Shown here one piece after another: positions 30,181 to 40,014 of a stretch of 64,000 nucleotides of DNA; position 1 is the first letter of the stretch; each line of letters starts with the position of its first letter. Origin of the DNA: Phycisphaeraceae bacterium (GTDB lineage: Bacteria > Planctomycetota > Phycisphaerae > Phycisphaerales > Phycisphaeraceae); NCBI GenBank assembly GCA_963674705.1, contig OY771506.1:4928001-4992000 (forward strand), written 5' to 3'. Position numbers and translations under genes: made by a program. The notes beneath the pieces are model-generated. The model saw only the letters and a list, made by a program, of their open reading frames with translations, was not told the DNA's origin and did not search any database.

Positions 30181-31319
30181 AAAGGCAACTCCTTCAACCT
30201 TCGTACGAATGCACGACGGATAGCCTCGGCTGTCGACCGATACACCGAATCATCGGCACCAATCGGGTCCATCACATCGGCGTCCGGATCAAGACGGAAA
30301 GTCTTGCCGGTCGCCCCGGGCGATACCGCCAGTACTGCTTCCAGGTGCCCAGCGGTCATGCCATATATTACATCAGCCTCATCGATAAGTTCACGGGTCA
30401 GGGCGGTGGACTGATGGTTCTGGATATCGATCCCCTGCTGAGCTAAAGCCCGAACCGCCTCAGGCGAAGCGGGGTTGCCCCCATAAGCATATACACCGGC
30501 CGATTTTATATTGATCCCAGCGTCTTCTAGAGAAGCCGGATCAACCCCGATTTGTTCGGCGATCAATTGCCTGGCTATGCCCTGAGCCATGGGAGAACGA
30601 CACGTATTTCCGGTGCATACCATCAAGAGTGTGTAACGCACGAGTTTCCGGATGAATCGCTCGTCATATACCCCTTCTCGTAGTAATTGCCATTTTTGTT
30701 CGCAGCCGCTGCCGCTGATCTTCACGATCGTGGAAGGCTTGGCGTATTGGCAGTGTCCGCCATCGACGATCAGGTCGACGTGCTGGCCGATCGCGTCGGC
30801 CGCCTGCTGTACATCCACGGGTGGTCGCTCGCCGGGCAGGTTCGCACTGGTCGCAATCACCGCGTTTCCGCCGGCATCCAGCACAAGCCGACCCAGCGCA
30901 TGATCCGGACAACGCAAACCTACCACACCATCGTGGTAGATCCGGTCGTTCTGATCTTCAGTCAGCCCCAACGTTGCGAGTTTCTGCCGCCTCTGATCGG
31001 GCCCAACCTCGACTAGAAGCGTAATCGGGCCGGGCATGGCCTTGGTCGCAAGACGTTTGGCCGCTCCGGTACTAAGGTCAGCAAAACGATCGATCGCTGC
31101 CGGGCTTGGGATATGGACCGTAAAAGCGCGTGATGCATCGGACTGCTTCAGAGCACGCAGGCGATTGACGCCCTGCTCGTTGAGCGCTGACGCCGCGACA
31201 CCATAGACCGTTTCCGTGGGAAATATGACTAGTCCCCCGGCACGCAGCACCTCGGATGCCTGCTGGGCGACTTGCTTTTCCTGACGGGCGTCACCCGCTT
31301 CTAAGGTCGTTACATGCAT
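30177..31319 (-). CDS. TsaC/Sua5 domain fused to low-molecular-weight (YwlE-like) protein phosphatase
   Basis: FPTETVYG, PGPITL, GLRCPDH, TSAN, PSTIV; then VCTGNTCRSPMA, SAG, DPIG. Confidence 0.9.
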   Translation of the reverse strand: MHVTTLEAGDARQEKQVAQQASEVLRAGGLVIFPTETVYGVAASALNEQGVNRLRALKQSDASRAFTVHIPSPAAIDRFADLSTGAAKRLATKAMPGPITLLVEVGPDQRRQKLATLGLTEDQNDRIYHDGVVGLRCPDHALGRLVLDAGGNAVIATSANLPGERPPVDVQQAADAIGQHVDLIVDGGHCQYAKPSTIVKISGSGCEQKWQLLREGVYDERFIRKLVRYTLLMVCTGNTCRSPMAQGIARQLIAEQIGVDPASLEDAGINIKSAGVYAYGGNPASPEAVRALAQQGIDIQNHQSTALTRELIDEADVIYGMTAGHLEAVLAVSPGATGKTFRLDPDADVMDPIGADDSVYRSTAEAIRRAFVRRLKELPL

Positions 31320-31390
31320 TGGATTACATTATTGGACCACGGTCAGACGATTGCAAATATCGGCTAGATTTTCGTCAAATACGAGCCTCT

Positions 31391-31873
31391 CTAGGATTCG
31401 GGCTCGACCTGGGTCGCTACCGCGCGTAAGAATGCTTCCAGGTAGTCACTGAGAAACAGGTCGACCCCCTTGATAGTCAGGTCGTGATTCGTGCCCCAGA
31501 TGCTGACGCGAAGATCGGTGAATTCCGGATCGATCTGCAAGACCACCTGCTGCTCATCATCACTTTTACCCGCAATGCTGCGTGCAAAGTGGGAGGACAA
31601 CGCGTTCACGCCTGGCCCGCCGATGCTGACCGTCGGCCGAGCATGCAGGACCGTATGGTTCAGGTACCAGATATCCGTACACACCACCGGCTTGATCGGC
31701 GTGCTCAAACTCTGGCGGTGTCGATCGACCCACTCATTGATGTGGTCGCGCAGGCGATAAGCCAACGGCCGATCCGCATCCTCGGCACGCAGGTGCGCAC
31801 CGACCACGATCAGCAACAGATGCGACGGGTCCAACCCGGGTTCAGAATCGGGTTGTGACGGCTGACTGGGCAT
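31391..31873 (-). CDS. Hypothetical protein
   Basis: 160-aa ORF with globular composition, co-oriented with neighbours. Confidence 0.65.
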   Translation of the reverse strand: MPSQPSQPDSEPGLDPSHLLLIVVGAHLRAEDADRPLAYRLRDHINEWVDRHRQSLSTPIKPVVCTDIWYLNHTVLHARPTVSIGGPGVNALSSHFARSIAGKSDDEQQVVLQIDPEFTDLRVSIWGTNHDLTIKGVDLFLSDYLEAFLRAVATQVEPES

Positions 31874-31999
31874 GGGAGGAATTTATGACTTCTGATCGCA
31901 AACAAACAATCTTAAGATCGGTCAAACACAGGGAATAACAACAGAACCTACGAAATAATAGCAGCCAAATGCCGGCGGACCACAGGCGCTGAGCCATCT

Positions 32000-32030
32000 G
32001 CTAATGGCTAACGGCTAACCGCTAATGGCT
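32000..32030 (-). repeat. AGCCRTT-family heptamer tract after argF
   Basis: Plus strand CTAATGG CTAACGG CTAACCG CTAATGG, just downstream of the argF stop. Confidence 0.85.
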
Positions 32031-32037
32031 TTCCAAC

Positions 32038-32958
32038 TCACATCCCGCCCATCAGAACAGCGAGCATGCCCTTCTGAGCGTGCAGCCGGTTGTGGGCCTC
32101 GGGGAAGACGCGGCTGCGCGGGCCGTCCATCACTTCGTCGGTGATCTCAACACCGCGATAGGCCGGCAGGCAGTGAAGAACGATCGCGTGGTCGGCCGCG
32201 TGCGAGAGCAGGCTGTCGTTGACCTGATAACCTTTAAACGCCTGCTCCCGTGCCTGCTTTTCAGCTTCCTGGCCCATGGATGTGAAGGTATCGGTAAAGA
32301 CCGCATCGACACCCTTCACCGCTTCGATCGGATTCTCAGTGATCATCAGATCGAGTTCCGGGGCGTCGCTCATGATCGCCTTGCGGGTGTCCTTCGTGAA
32401 TGCGTAACCTCCGGGACTCGCCAGGACGAAACGTACACCCAGCTTGCCGCAGAGGATCGCGACGCTGCGAGCGACGTTGTTGCCGTCGCCGATGAACGCA
32501 ACGGATCGCCCATTCAGGTCCATACCAAACTCATCCTGTAGCGTCATGATATCGGCCAGCGCCTGACAGGGGTGCGATTCATCGCTGAGCATGTTGACGA
32601 CCGGCACGCCGGCGTATTCCGCCATGTCGATCAGTTTCTGGTGCTCGAAAACTCGGGCCGCCACGCCGTGTACCATCCCGCCGAGCACCTTGGCGACATC
32701 GCTGACCGCTTCCCGCTTACCCAAGCCGACTTCCTGACCCATCACGATCGAATGTCCGCCAAGCTCGATCATCGCCTGCTCGAAACTGACGCGCGTGCGC
32801 AGACTCGGTTTCTCAAACAGCATCGCAAGCGTCTGGCCAGCCAGCACAGGCTTGTTGGCCTTACCCGCATCGCGTTCATCCCGCAGCGTCTTGGCGACCT
32901 GCAGCATGTGCTTGAGTTCCTCGGTGGTGGCATCAGCGATAGATAGAAAATGTTGCAT
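32038..32958 (-). CDS. argF: Ornithine carbamoyltransferase
   Basis: FEKPSLRTRVSF, HPCQALAD, GDGNNV, SMGQE, LHCLP, NRLH; ATG at 32958. Confidence 0.96.
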   Translation of the reverse strand: MQHFLSIADATTEELKHMLQVAKTLRDERDAGKANKPVLAGQTLAMLFEKPSLRTRVSFEQAMIELGGHSIVMGQEVGLGKREAVSDVAKVLGGMVHGVAARVFEHQKLIDMAEYAGVPVVNMLSDESHPCQALADIMTLQDEFGMDLNGRSVAFIGDGNNVARSVAILCGKLGVRFVLASPGGYAFTKDTRKAIMSDAPELDLMITENPIEAVKGVDAVFTDTFTSMGQEAEKQAREQAFKGYQVNDSLLSHAADHAIVLHCLPAYRGVEITDEVMDGPRSRVFPEAHNRLHAQKGMLAVLMGGM

Positions 32959-32993
32959 GGCTATTCCTGCTATTCCCCAAAAATAAATCATGT

Positions 32994-33110
32994 AGCCGCG
33001 AATACACGCAAATCAACGTGAATCAGAAGTTGATTCAATACAACACTTCTATTTGCGTTTATTAGCGTTCATTTGCGGCTTAAAGTCCTTCTTCGCGCCT
33101 TCGCGGTTAA
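32994..33110. repeat. Inverted 10-nt-period arm element plus CTTCGCGC half arm in the argB-argF spacer
   Basis: 32994-33023 vs reverse complement of 33051-33080: 23/30; CTTCGCGCCTTCGCGGTTA at 33091-33109. Confidence 0.8.
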
Positions 33111-33113
33111 TTC

Positions 33114-33986
33114 CTATAAAACGATTTCCGTCCCGATTCCCTTGCCCGTGTAGACCTCCAGCAGCGACGAGTGCTTGATGCGGCCGTCGATGATGTGGGC
33201 TTTGGAGACGCCTCCGGCCAACGCGATGAAACTGGATTCGACCTTCGGCAGCATGCCGGCCTGGATCACACCTTCGTCAACGAGTTTCTCGATCTCGGAT
33301 TTTGTCAGGGTGCTGGCCAGATCGTCAGGATCGTCAGACAAGCGGATGCCGTGGGTATCGGAAATCAGGATGAGTTTTTCGGCCTTGACAGCGGCGGCGA
33401 CGTATCCGGCGACGCTGTCGGCGTTGACGTTGAGCTTGCTGCCCGAGGGATCGCGCGCGATCGGGGCGATCACCGGGATATAGTTCGCTTCGGTCACGGC
33501 TCCGAGGATGTCGGCGTTGACCCATTCGACCTCACCGACGAAGCCGATATCGATCTTCCGACCTTCCTCGCCGTTGAGGAACAGGCGCTTACCGAACACG
33601 GCACAACTCGCGAGGCTGTGCAACGGCATCGGCTTGTGACCGAGTTCTCTGATGTAGCCGGCAATCTGTTTGTTGATCGTGTTGACCAGCACGTGCTCAG
33701 CAATCGCCAGTGTACGCTCGTCGGTATAGCGACGCCCCTGGACGAACTGGGCCTCGAGCCCGGCCTCTTTCATCGCCTCGGTGATGCCCTTGCCACCGCC
33801 ATGCACGATGATCGGGCGCATGCCGACCGCGGACATGAAGCAGATATCGCTGACCACGCTCTGCAGGTCATCAGGCTGGTCCATGATCGACCCGCCGACC
33901 TTCACAACGATGGCTTTGCCGGCGAACCGGCGGATGTATTGGTGAGCCTCGACCAGCGAGGCGGCTTTGTTAATGGCGTCTTGCAC
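33114..33986 (-). CDS. argB: Acetylglutamate kinase
   Basis: VVKVGGS, VHGGG, GRRYTD, NVNADSVA, GMLPKV, HIIDGR; GTG at 33986 after GGAG. Confidence 0.95.
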   Translation of the reverse strand: MQDAINKAASLVEAHQYIRRFAGKAIVVKVGGSIMDQPDDLQSVVSDICFMSAVGMRPIIVHGGGKGITEAMKEAGLEAQFVQGRRYTDERTLAIAEHVLVNTINKQIAGYIRELGHKPMPLHSLASCAVFGKRLFLNGEEGRKIDIGFVGEVEWVNADILGAVTEANYIPVIAPIARDPSGSKLNVNADSVAGYVAAAVKAEKLILISDTHGIRLSDDPDDLASTLTKSEIEKLVDEGVIQAGMLPKVESSFIALAGGVSKAHIIDGRIKHSSLLEVYTGKGIGTEIVL

Positions 33987-34417
33987 CGTATGGCTCCACG
34001 AAACGAGGCGAAACGAAGGATTGTACCACTGCCCAGCACTCCTCACAAGCCGTAGAGGTCGCCTGATACGGCACCGAACGCACAGGGCGAACCGTCCAGA
34101 CACAACAGGAATCCGTCCCTCCCAAAGCCCCGCCTTCTTGCGAGAGTCGGGTTCACTCCACACCAATCGCGCACTGCAACTCAGCGGATGTTCACAAGGT
34201 GATCGATCGTGTTGATCAAAGTGCAAAGACCGGGACAAAAACTGTAAAACTACTAATAAATCTGACAAAGAATGGTTCTCAATTCACCATTTTTCAATTG
34301 TTAAATTCCCGTTGACTCAAACTCACAACTTCTTAACATTAGTTTTAATAGTTTGATCCAACTCAACCTGCAATCAGCAGTAGCCGACTTAACACAGTTA
34401 ACAATAGGGTTGTATGA

Positions 34418-35251
34418 GTGGCCGTTAACGACTTTCAAACATTGTTTCAGAAGTACCGGTTACGTGCGGTGGTCCTCATGGCCGGCTGCACGTTATTGGT
34501 CACCATCCTGAGCCTGGGGGCCCACGTCATGTGGATCGAGCACATGCCGGGCTCAGGCACGGCCCTGGTCTTATTCAGCCTGAACCGGGAAATGAGCCTG
34601 GGCACATGGTGGTCGGCAACGGTCCTTGCGGGACTGGGGGCACTGACCGGATTGATCTGCCTGTTGCAACCCGATGCCAGTCGGAGCGAACGATTGGCCT
34701 TACTCACGCTGGCGGCAGGCTTCGTGTTTCTTTCGATCGATGAAACCTGCATGCTGCACGAACGCCTTGGCGGCAAGATCCACGTCGAAGGCCTGATGCA
34801 TCATGCCCGTTGGGCCGTGATCTGGTTACCTCCGGCACTGCTCATCACCGGCATCGTCATGTGGCGGCTCTGGCACACCCGTAAGAAGTTTGTCATCGGT
34901 ATGTGCCTGGGGATCGCGATCTATCTCGGCGGCGCGGTCGGCATGGAAAGCTTCAACTCCGCCCAACGTGTCAAAGCAGAAGTCCGTCTGGGGATTGATC
35001 CGGAACATTCAGAAGATACCAACCAGAGCTTCGTGCCTGAAGACTGGCGGCGAGATCGAGCGTACTACCCCTTCGTCATCGGGACCAACATCGAAGAGTT
35101 CCTCGAAATGCTGGGGCCTCTGATCTGGTTATGGGTGCTGCTCGATTGGCACAACCTGAGAAGTCAAGCCCAAGACAGTAAACAAGAAAACGCAATGGCT
35201 CCCGCAAAACCCCTCATCCAGCCTGATACGGCCATGACCGCCAAACACTGA
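34418..35251 (+). CDS. Hypothetical membrane protein
   Basis: 5-6 TM helices with polar motifs SIDE...LHE and EEFLEM.G. Confidence 0.72.
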   Translation: MAVNDFQTLFQKYRLRAVVLMAGCTLLVTILSLGAHVMWIEHMPGSGTALVLFSLNREMSLGTWWSATVLAGLGALTGLICLLQPDASRSERLALLTLAAGFVFLSIDETCMLHERLGGKIHVEGLMHHARWAVIWLPPALLITGIVMWRLWHTRKKFVIGMCLGIAIYLGGAVGMESFNSAQRVKAEVRLGIDPEHSEDTNQSFVPEDWRRDRAYYPFVIGTNIEEFLEMLGPLIWLWVLLDWHNLRSQAQDSKQENAMAPAKPLIQPDTAMTAKH

Positions 35252-35259
35252 AGTATTCG

Positions 35260-35799
35260 TCAGATCTGTCCACGCTGATTCTGGATGGCCTCTGCCAGAT
35301 GCAGCGCTGATTCGCACAATTCCTTCGTCCGCAACAGCACCTGCTCGTCCGCGGGTTCATCGGACTCGAAGTGGTCGCCTGTCGCGTAGACAAACCGGGG
35401 CACGATCAGGCAGCGGAAGTCCAGCATAAGGCTGTTGGCAAGCGGCATGATGGACATGTAGCTGCCCTGGCCCCCTGCCGTGCAGATGAAGCCCACGACC
35501 TTGTTGGTCCAGGCCCGGCCGGTCAGTTCGATCAGGTTCTTGGCTGCCGCATTGACATCGTAGTTATAGATCGGGACCGCCAGAAGGATCAGCGGCGCTT
35601 CGGAGATCATGGCCGCCAGCGGCGCGACATTCTCGTGTTGATACGACGCTCCGCCGTCACAGATCGGCAATGCCGTCTGACGCAGGTCCACGAGCCGCGT
35701 GTCAGGCGCAGACTGCTTCAGGACGTCCACGGCATGTTCAGCCAACAAGGCGGATCGGCTCGACGGATTCAAAGAGCAGATGATAACGAGAGGTTTCAT
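35260..35799 (-). CDS. NADPH-dependent FMN reductase
   Basis: CSLNPSSRS, VPIYNY, KNLIE, AGG..S flavodoxin-like motifs. Confidence 0.87.
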   Translation of the reverse strand: MKPLVIICSLNPSSRSALLAEHAVDVLKQSAPDTRLVDLRQTALPICDGGASYQHENVAPLAAMISEAPLILLAVPIYNYDVNAAAKNLIELTGRAWTNKVVGFICTAGGQGSYMSIMPLANSLMLDFRCLIVPRFVYATGDHFESDEPADEQVLLRTKELCESALHLAEAIQNQRGQI

Positions 35800-35913
35800 A
35801 TCGCGGATTATAGACTAGACAGAAAAAGTGATATTGTGATTAATAAATCCAGTGTTTCCCGACCTTAGTCATGGCTGCTATAGTTAAGCAACGCTATATC
35901 GAAGGAATCGATC

Positions 35914-36453
35914 ATGAATATCATATTACATCACAGGCTCTTGCTGACCGCGTCACTGGCCCTGATGCTGACCACGGCCCCCGCCATCGCCGCTGAAGGT
36001 GAACTGCCTGCCGAGGATCAGGCGGATATGACGGCTGTGGATGCGGCCGTGAGTGAACCCGTTACCGACGAATCCATGGCTGGCGAACCTGCTGCCGACG
36101 AACCGGCAAGCGAGATGGACCATAACAACACAAGAATCTCGATCGGCGACCCCATCAGCATGGATCGCTCGGACTGGCCCGTGGTCGAGATCGCCCCGGC
36201 AGACGGCGCGGTCACGCATAATCCGACATACATGGGTTCGGTCCCCATGGGTGAAGACGAGGTCAGTCCGCTGCACGCACCGGACCCGGTCTGGCAGATC
36301 CAGGAAGCGCTGCGTGGTGCGACCGCCGAGAACTACAGTGCCGAAAACACCCGGGACTTGGTTACGCAGCCGTTCATCGGGCTGGCGCAGTTCGTACTGA
36401 TCCCGTTTGAAGCGGTCATCGAGCACCCCTGGTCAGAAGTGACCTCTGAATAA
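35914..36453 (+). CDS. Hypothetical secreted acidic protein
   Basis: Signal peptide ending AIA, acidic low-complexity linker, SD AAGGA. Confidence 0.65.
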   Translation: MNIILHHRLLLTASLALMLTTAPAIAAEGELPAEDQADMTAVDAAVSEPVTDESMAGEPAADEPASEMDHNNTRISIGDPISMDRSDWPVVEIAPADGAVTHNPTYMGSVPMGEDEVSPLHAPDPVWQIQEALRGATAENYSAENTRDLVTQPFIGLAQFVLIPFEAVIEHPWSEVTSE

Positions 36454-36509
36454 GTTTTTGACGATTCATCACAGCCGGGAGTGATGCCGACTGATCGGGC
36501 AATCCGACC

Positions 36510-39293
36510 ATGGCCAATATCACATACGATCATCAGAGTTTTTCGATCGACGGCAGGCGCATCTGGCTCGTCAGCGCCGCGATCCATTACCCGCGCACGC
36601 CCCACCAGCTCTGGCGCAAACGCATCCGCGCAGCGAAGCAGGCGGGGTGCAACTGCATCGAGACTTATGTCTTCTGGAACGTACACGAAACCGAGCCCGG
36701 CGTGTTCGACTTTGCCGGCGACCGTGACCTGCGAGCGTTTATCAAGATCGTCGGCGAAGAGGGGATGTTCTGTTATCTGAGACCTGGGCCTTACATCTGT
36801 GCCGAGTGGGACTTCGGCGGCCTACCCGCGTGGCTGAACAACATCGAAGACATCGACTTCCGTACCGCCAACGGCCCGTTTCTCGAAGCCAGCGCCCGTT
36901 ACATCGGTGCGGTCATGGAGCAGGTGCGCGACCTTCAGATCACCTCCAAACCCGCGACGGATACGAAGTGGCCGAAACAGGTCTCGCAATCCAGGCAAAG
37001 CGGTTATCGCGGTGAGGGCGGCGGGCCGATCGTGTTGATGCAGACCGAGAACGAATGGTTCTGCACCAGCGATGAACTGCACGACAGCTACCTGCTGGAA
37101 AATGTGCGCCACCTGCGCGAGAACGGCTGCACCGTTCCGATCACGAACTGCAACAAACTCTGGCAGCGCGTTGATGGCACGATCGACACGTGGAACGACA
37201 AACAGCATCTACCCGCCACGATGCGGCAACTCGCCACGCTCCAGCCGGACGCGCCGAGGATCGTCACCGAGTTCTGGCCCGGCTGGTTCGACCTCTGGGG
37301 CAAACCGCACAACACCGAAGATAAACCCGACGACGTACTACACCGCTTGGCCGGAATCTTGAGCGCCGGCTCGATGTACAACATCTACATGTTCCATGGC
37401 GGGACACACTCCGGCTTCAGCTCCGGCCGATTGACCGAACACCCCGGCACGTACTTCCCGACAAGCTACGACTACGACGCCCCACTGCTCGAAGCCGGCG
37501 GTCGTGCGGAGAAGTACGACGCGGTTAAACGTGTATCGATGTTCGCAAGCCACTTTGGCGAAGTCTTCGCAAACCTGTCGAACACGCCGATGCACACGAC
37601 GATCGCGCCGGATGCCGACGACCATCCCCCTGCTGTGACCCAATTATCCGGTTCGCGTGGCGATGTAATTTTTATTCTGCGTGGCAAGAAAGACAAGACA
37701 AAGCAACTGGACCTGCTGTTACCGCAAGGCCAGACGCTGCCGGTTCAATTGGGAAGCGATCGTGCCGCGTGGCTATTGTTGAATGCAAAGCTGTCTGATG
37801 AATTACTGATCGACTACACGAACCTCCGGCCGTTCGCTTATCTAAACGCCAAGATTCTCGTGTTGTTCGGCCCCGCAGGTACAGATGGGTTGATCTCGAT
37901 CAACGGCGCTCCGCTGATCGTGTCCGTACCGAACGGCAAGCAGCCGCACGTTCAGCAGGTTGATGGCCTTACACTGGTTGTGCTCAACGAAGACCAGGCC
38001 GATGCAGCTTACGTGTTGGCCGACGGGTTGGTTGTTGGTGCCGCCGGTCTGGATGATGAAGACAACCCCATCCCACGCAACGGTTGGGCGACGTGCTACC
38101 AGATTGATTTGGCAGGCAAAGTCGGCAAGCAATCGCAAAAAACAGAACGCAAACCCGCCGCACCGAAACTCACCGATTGGCAGCACGCAACACTCGGTAC
38201 GCTACTGGACGGCAGCGACCCGTCGTACCAACCCATCGATGGGCCGGCCAGCCTCGAATCGCTCGGACAATACAACAGCTACGGCTGGTACCGCGTGCCG
38301 GTCACAAAAACAAACTCCGGCAAACTGCTCTGGCCCGATACTGACGACCGCCTGCACCTCTACGACAACGGCAAGCTGCTGACAATCATCGGCGCCGGTG
38401 ATGATGCGGACGATCAGCCTACTGGAATCAAGTTAAACGACACACTCACCGTCCTCGCGGACAACATGGGTCGTTTCCACTACGGCCACAAGATGGGTGA
38501 ACCGAAAGGTATCGCGGGACACCTGTACAAGGTCAGCGCGGTAAAACTCGCCAAGCCTAAGATCACACGCCAGCCCGCACCCGATCCGTTTAAGTTCATC
38601 GGTACTGCCTTCGGTAAACAACAGGGCCACCGCCCACCTGCGCAGGCGCTTACCTGGACCGTCACGCCGGACGGCCGAAAGCCATTGATCCTTGAAACCG
38701 GCATGAACCTGCCCGACTGCGTCATCATGATGAACGGTGAACCCGTCGGCCTGCACTTTAAGAGCGATAAACCCAGCGGCGATCGTTTCGTCCTTGAGCC
38801 CGGCGTCGGCCCCGTCAAAGGCGGTAAGAATCAACTCGAACTCGCGCTATACGAACCGCTGCCCGACGGTGTCGACCCACTCAAGTCGATCAAGCTATAC
38901 AAAGTCACCGATATCGTCAGCGATAAGCGCGGCCAGTGGAGTTTCAGCAAGTGGGCGCCGCCTGCCGACGATGCTTTTGAAGATTTGCCAAAGTCCACAC
39001 CATCGCAGCCCGCATGGTTCCGCGCGACGTTCAACGTCAAGCAGAACGATGTCCCGCTCTGGTTGGAACCGGTCGGCATGAGCAAGGGGCAGGTCTTCTT
39101 AAACGGCCACAATGTCGGTCGATACTGGGTCGCCACCCGCACCGGCAAGAAAGTCCCACCCCAAGAGGCCTACTACCTGCCCGAACCCTGGCTCAACGTC
39201 GACAGCGAAAACGAACTGCTCATCTTCGACGAGCACGGCAAACTGCCAAACAAGTGCAAACTCGTCTACAACGAGAACGGGCCGTACGGGTAA
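36510..39293 (+). CDS. GH35 beta-galactosidase
   Basis: IHYPR, ETYVFWN.HE, RPGPYICAEW, Q.ENE, TEFWPGWF, YMFHGGT, TSYDYDAPL, KGQVFLNGHNVGRYW. Confidence 0.93.
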   Translation: MANITYDHQSFSIDGRRIWLVSAAIHYPRTPHQLWRKRIRAAKQAGCNCIETYVFWNVHETEPGVFDFAGDRDLRAFIKIVGEEGMFCYLRPGPYICAEWDFGGLPAWLNNIEDIDFRTANGPFLEASARYIGAVMEQVRDLQITSKPATDTKWPKQVSQSRQSGYRGEGGGPIVLMQTENEWFCTSDELHDSYLLENVRHLRENGCTVPITNCNKLWQRVDGTIDTWNDKQHLPATMRQLATLQPDAPRIVTEFWPGWFDLWGKPHNTEDKPDDVLHRLAGILSAGSMYNIYMFHGGTHSGFSSGRLTEHPGTYFPTSYDYDAPLLEAGGRAEKYDAVKRVSMFASHFGEVFANLSNTPMHTTIAPDADDHPPAVTQLSGSRGDVIFILRGKKDKTKQLDLLLPQGQTLPVQLGSDRAAWLLLNAKLSDELLIDYTNLRPFAYLNAKILVLFGPAGTDGLISINGAPLIVSVPNGKQPHVQQVDGLTLVVLNEDQADAAYVLADGLVVGAAGLDDEDNPIPRNGWATCYQIDLAGKVGKQSQKTERKPAAPKLTDWQHATLGTLLDGSDPSYQPIDGPASLESLGQYNSYGWYRVPVTKTNSGKLLWPDTDDRLHLYDNGKLLTIIGAGDDADDQPTGIKLNDTLTVLADNMGRFHYGHKMGEPKGIAGHLYKVSAVKLAKPKITRQPAPDPFKFIGTAFGKQQGHRPPAQALTWTVTPDGRKPLILETGMNLPDCVIMMNGEPVGLHFKSDKPSGDRFVLEPGVGPVKGGKNQLELALYEPLPDGVDPLKSIKLYKVTDIVSDKRGQWSFSKWAPPADDAFEDLPKSTPSQPAWFRATFNVKQNDVPLWLEPVGMSKGQVFLNGHNVGRYWVATRTGKKVPPQEAYYLPEPWLNVDSENELLIFDEHGKLPNKCKLVYNENGPYG

Positions 39294-39384
39294 CAGGGAT
39301 GAACACAGATGAACACGGATAAGAAGTCATTTTTCTTTGTCCAATTCTAATCTTCATCTGTGTTTATCCGTGTGCATCCCTATT
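39292..39384. repeat. Inverted 10-nt-period arm element (GATGAACAC) starting in the GH35 stop codon
   Basis: 39292-39320 vs reverse complement of 39356-39384: 24/29; AT-rich loop. Confidence 0.85.
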
Positions 39385-39448
39385 CCATTATTCTCTGTGT
39401 CTTCATGCCCTTCGTGATATCCTGTAGTTAATACACAGGAGTCTCGAC

Positions 39449-39991
39449 TTGAGTTCAAACACTTCCAATCAACATCACCAGCACGCCCAAGGCAAAACCG
39501 CCCGCTGTGCGGTGCTTACCGTCAGCGACACGCGCGTAACCGATAGCGACGTCGGCGGGAAACTCATCATCGACCTGCTCAAACAGGCCGGCCACACCGT
39601 CAGCGACTACACCATCGTCCGCGACGAACCCACCCAGATCGACCACCAACTAAAATCCTGGCTCGGTCTTCTAGACCAGCCACCAGCCACCAGTCACCAG
39701 CCACCCGACCTCATCATCACCACCGGCGGCACCGGCATCGCCCAACGCGACACCACCATCGAAGTCGCCCAACGCCTGATCCAAAAACAACTACCCGGCT
39801 TCGGCGAACTGTTCCGCATGCTCAGCTACGAACAGGTCGGCCCCGCCGCGATGCTCAGCCGAGCCGTCGCAGGATTGGCAGGCGAAACCTTGATCTTCAC
39901 GCTGCCGGGTTCACCTAACGCGGTGAGATTGGCAATGGAGAAGCTGATTATCCCGGAACTGGCGCACATGGTCTGGGAGCGGGGGAGATAA
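39449..39991 (+). CDS. moaB: Molybdenum cofactor biosynthesis protein MoaB/Mog
   Basis: VLTVSDTR, TTGGTG...RDTT.E, GFGELFR.LS, AMLSRA.AG, LPGS; TTG start after AGGAG. Confidence 0.92.
   Translation: MSSNTSNQHHQHAQGKTARCAVLTVSDTRVTDSDVGGKLIIDLLKQAGHTVSDYTIVRDEPTQIDHQLKSWLGLLDQPPATSHQPPDLIITTGGTGIAQRDTTIEVAQRLIQKQLPGFGELFRMLSYEQVGPAAMLSRAVAGLAGETLIFTLPGSPNAVRLAMEKLIIPELAHMVWERGR
39675..39705 (+). repeat. (ACCAGYC)x4 heptamer tract inside moaB
   Basis: ACCAGCC ACCAGCC ACCAGTC ACCAGCC ACC, read in frame as DQPPATSHQPP. Confidence 0.85.
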
Positions 39992-40014
39992 TAGTTTATC
40001 AGCAGGAAGCCCCA

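Noticed and set aside
34079..34156. CGCACAGGGCGAACC...CAAAGCC resembles the start of a c-di-GMP-I riboswitch
   Set aside because: The GNRA-capped P2 stem and the GACGC segment are missing, and the spacing does not fit.
33987..34268. Long N-terminal extensions from the ORF track (argB, ThuA-like, DUF151, esterase, HupE/UreJ, rplX, rpmC)
   Set aside because: Family homology begins at internal starts, several with SD motifs; the extensions are open intergenic sequence.
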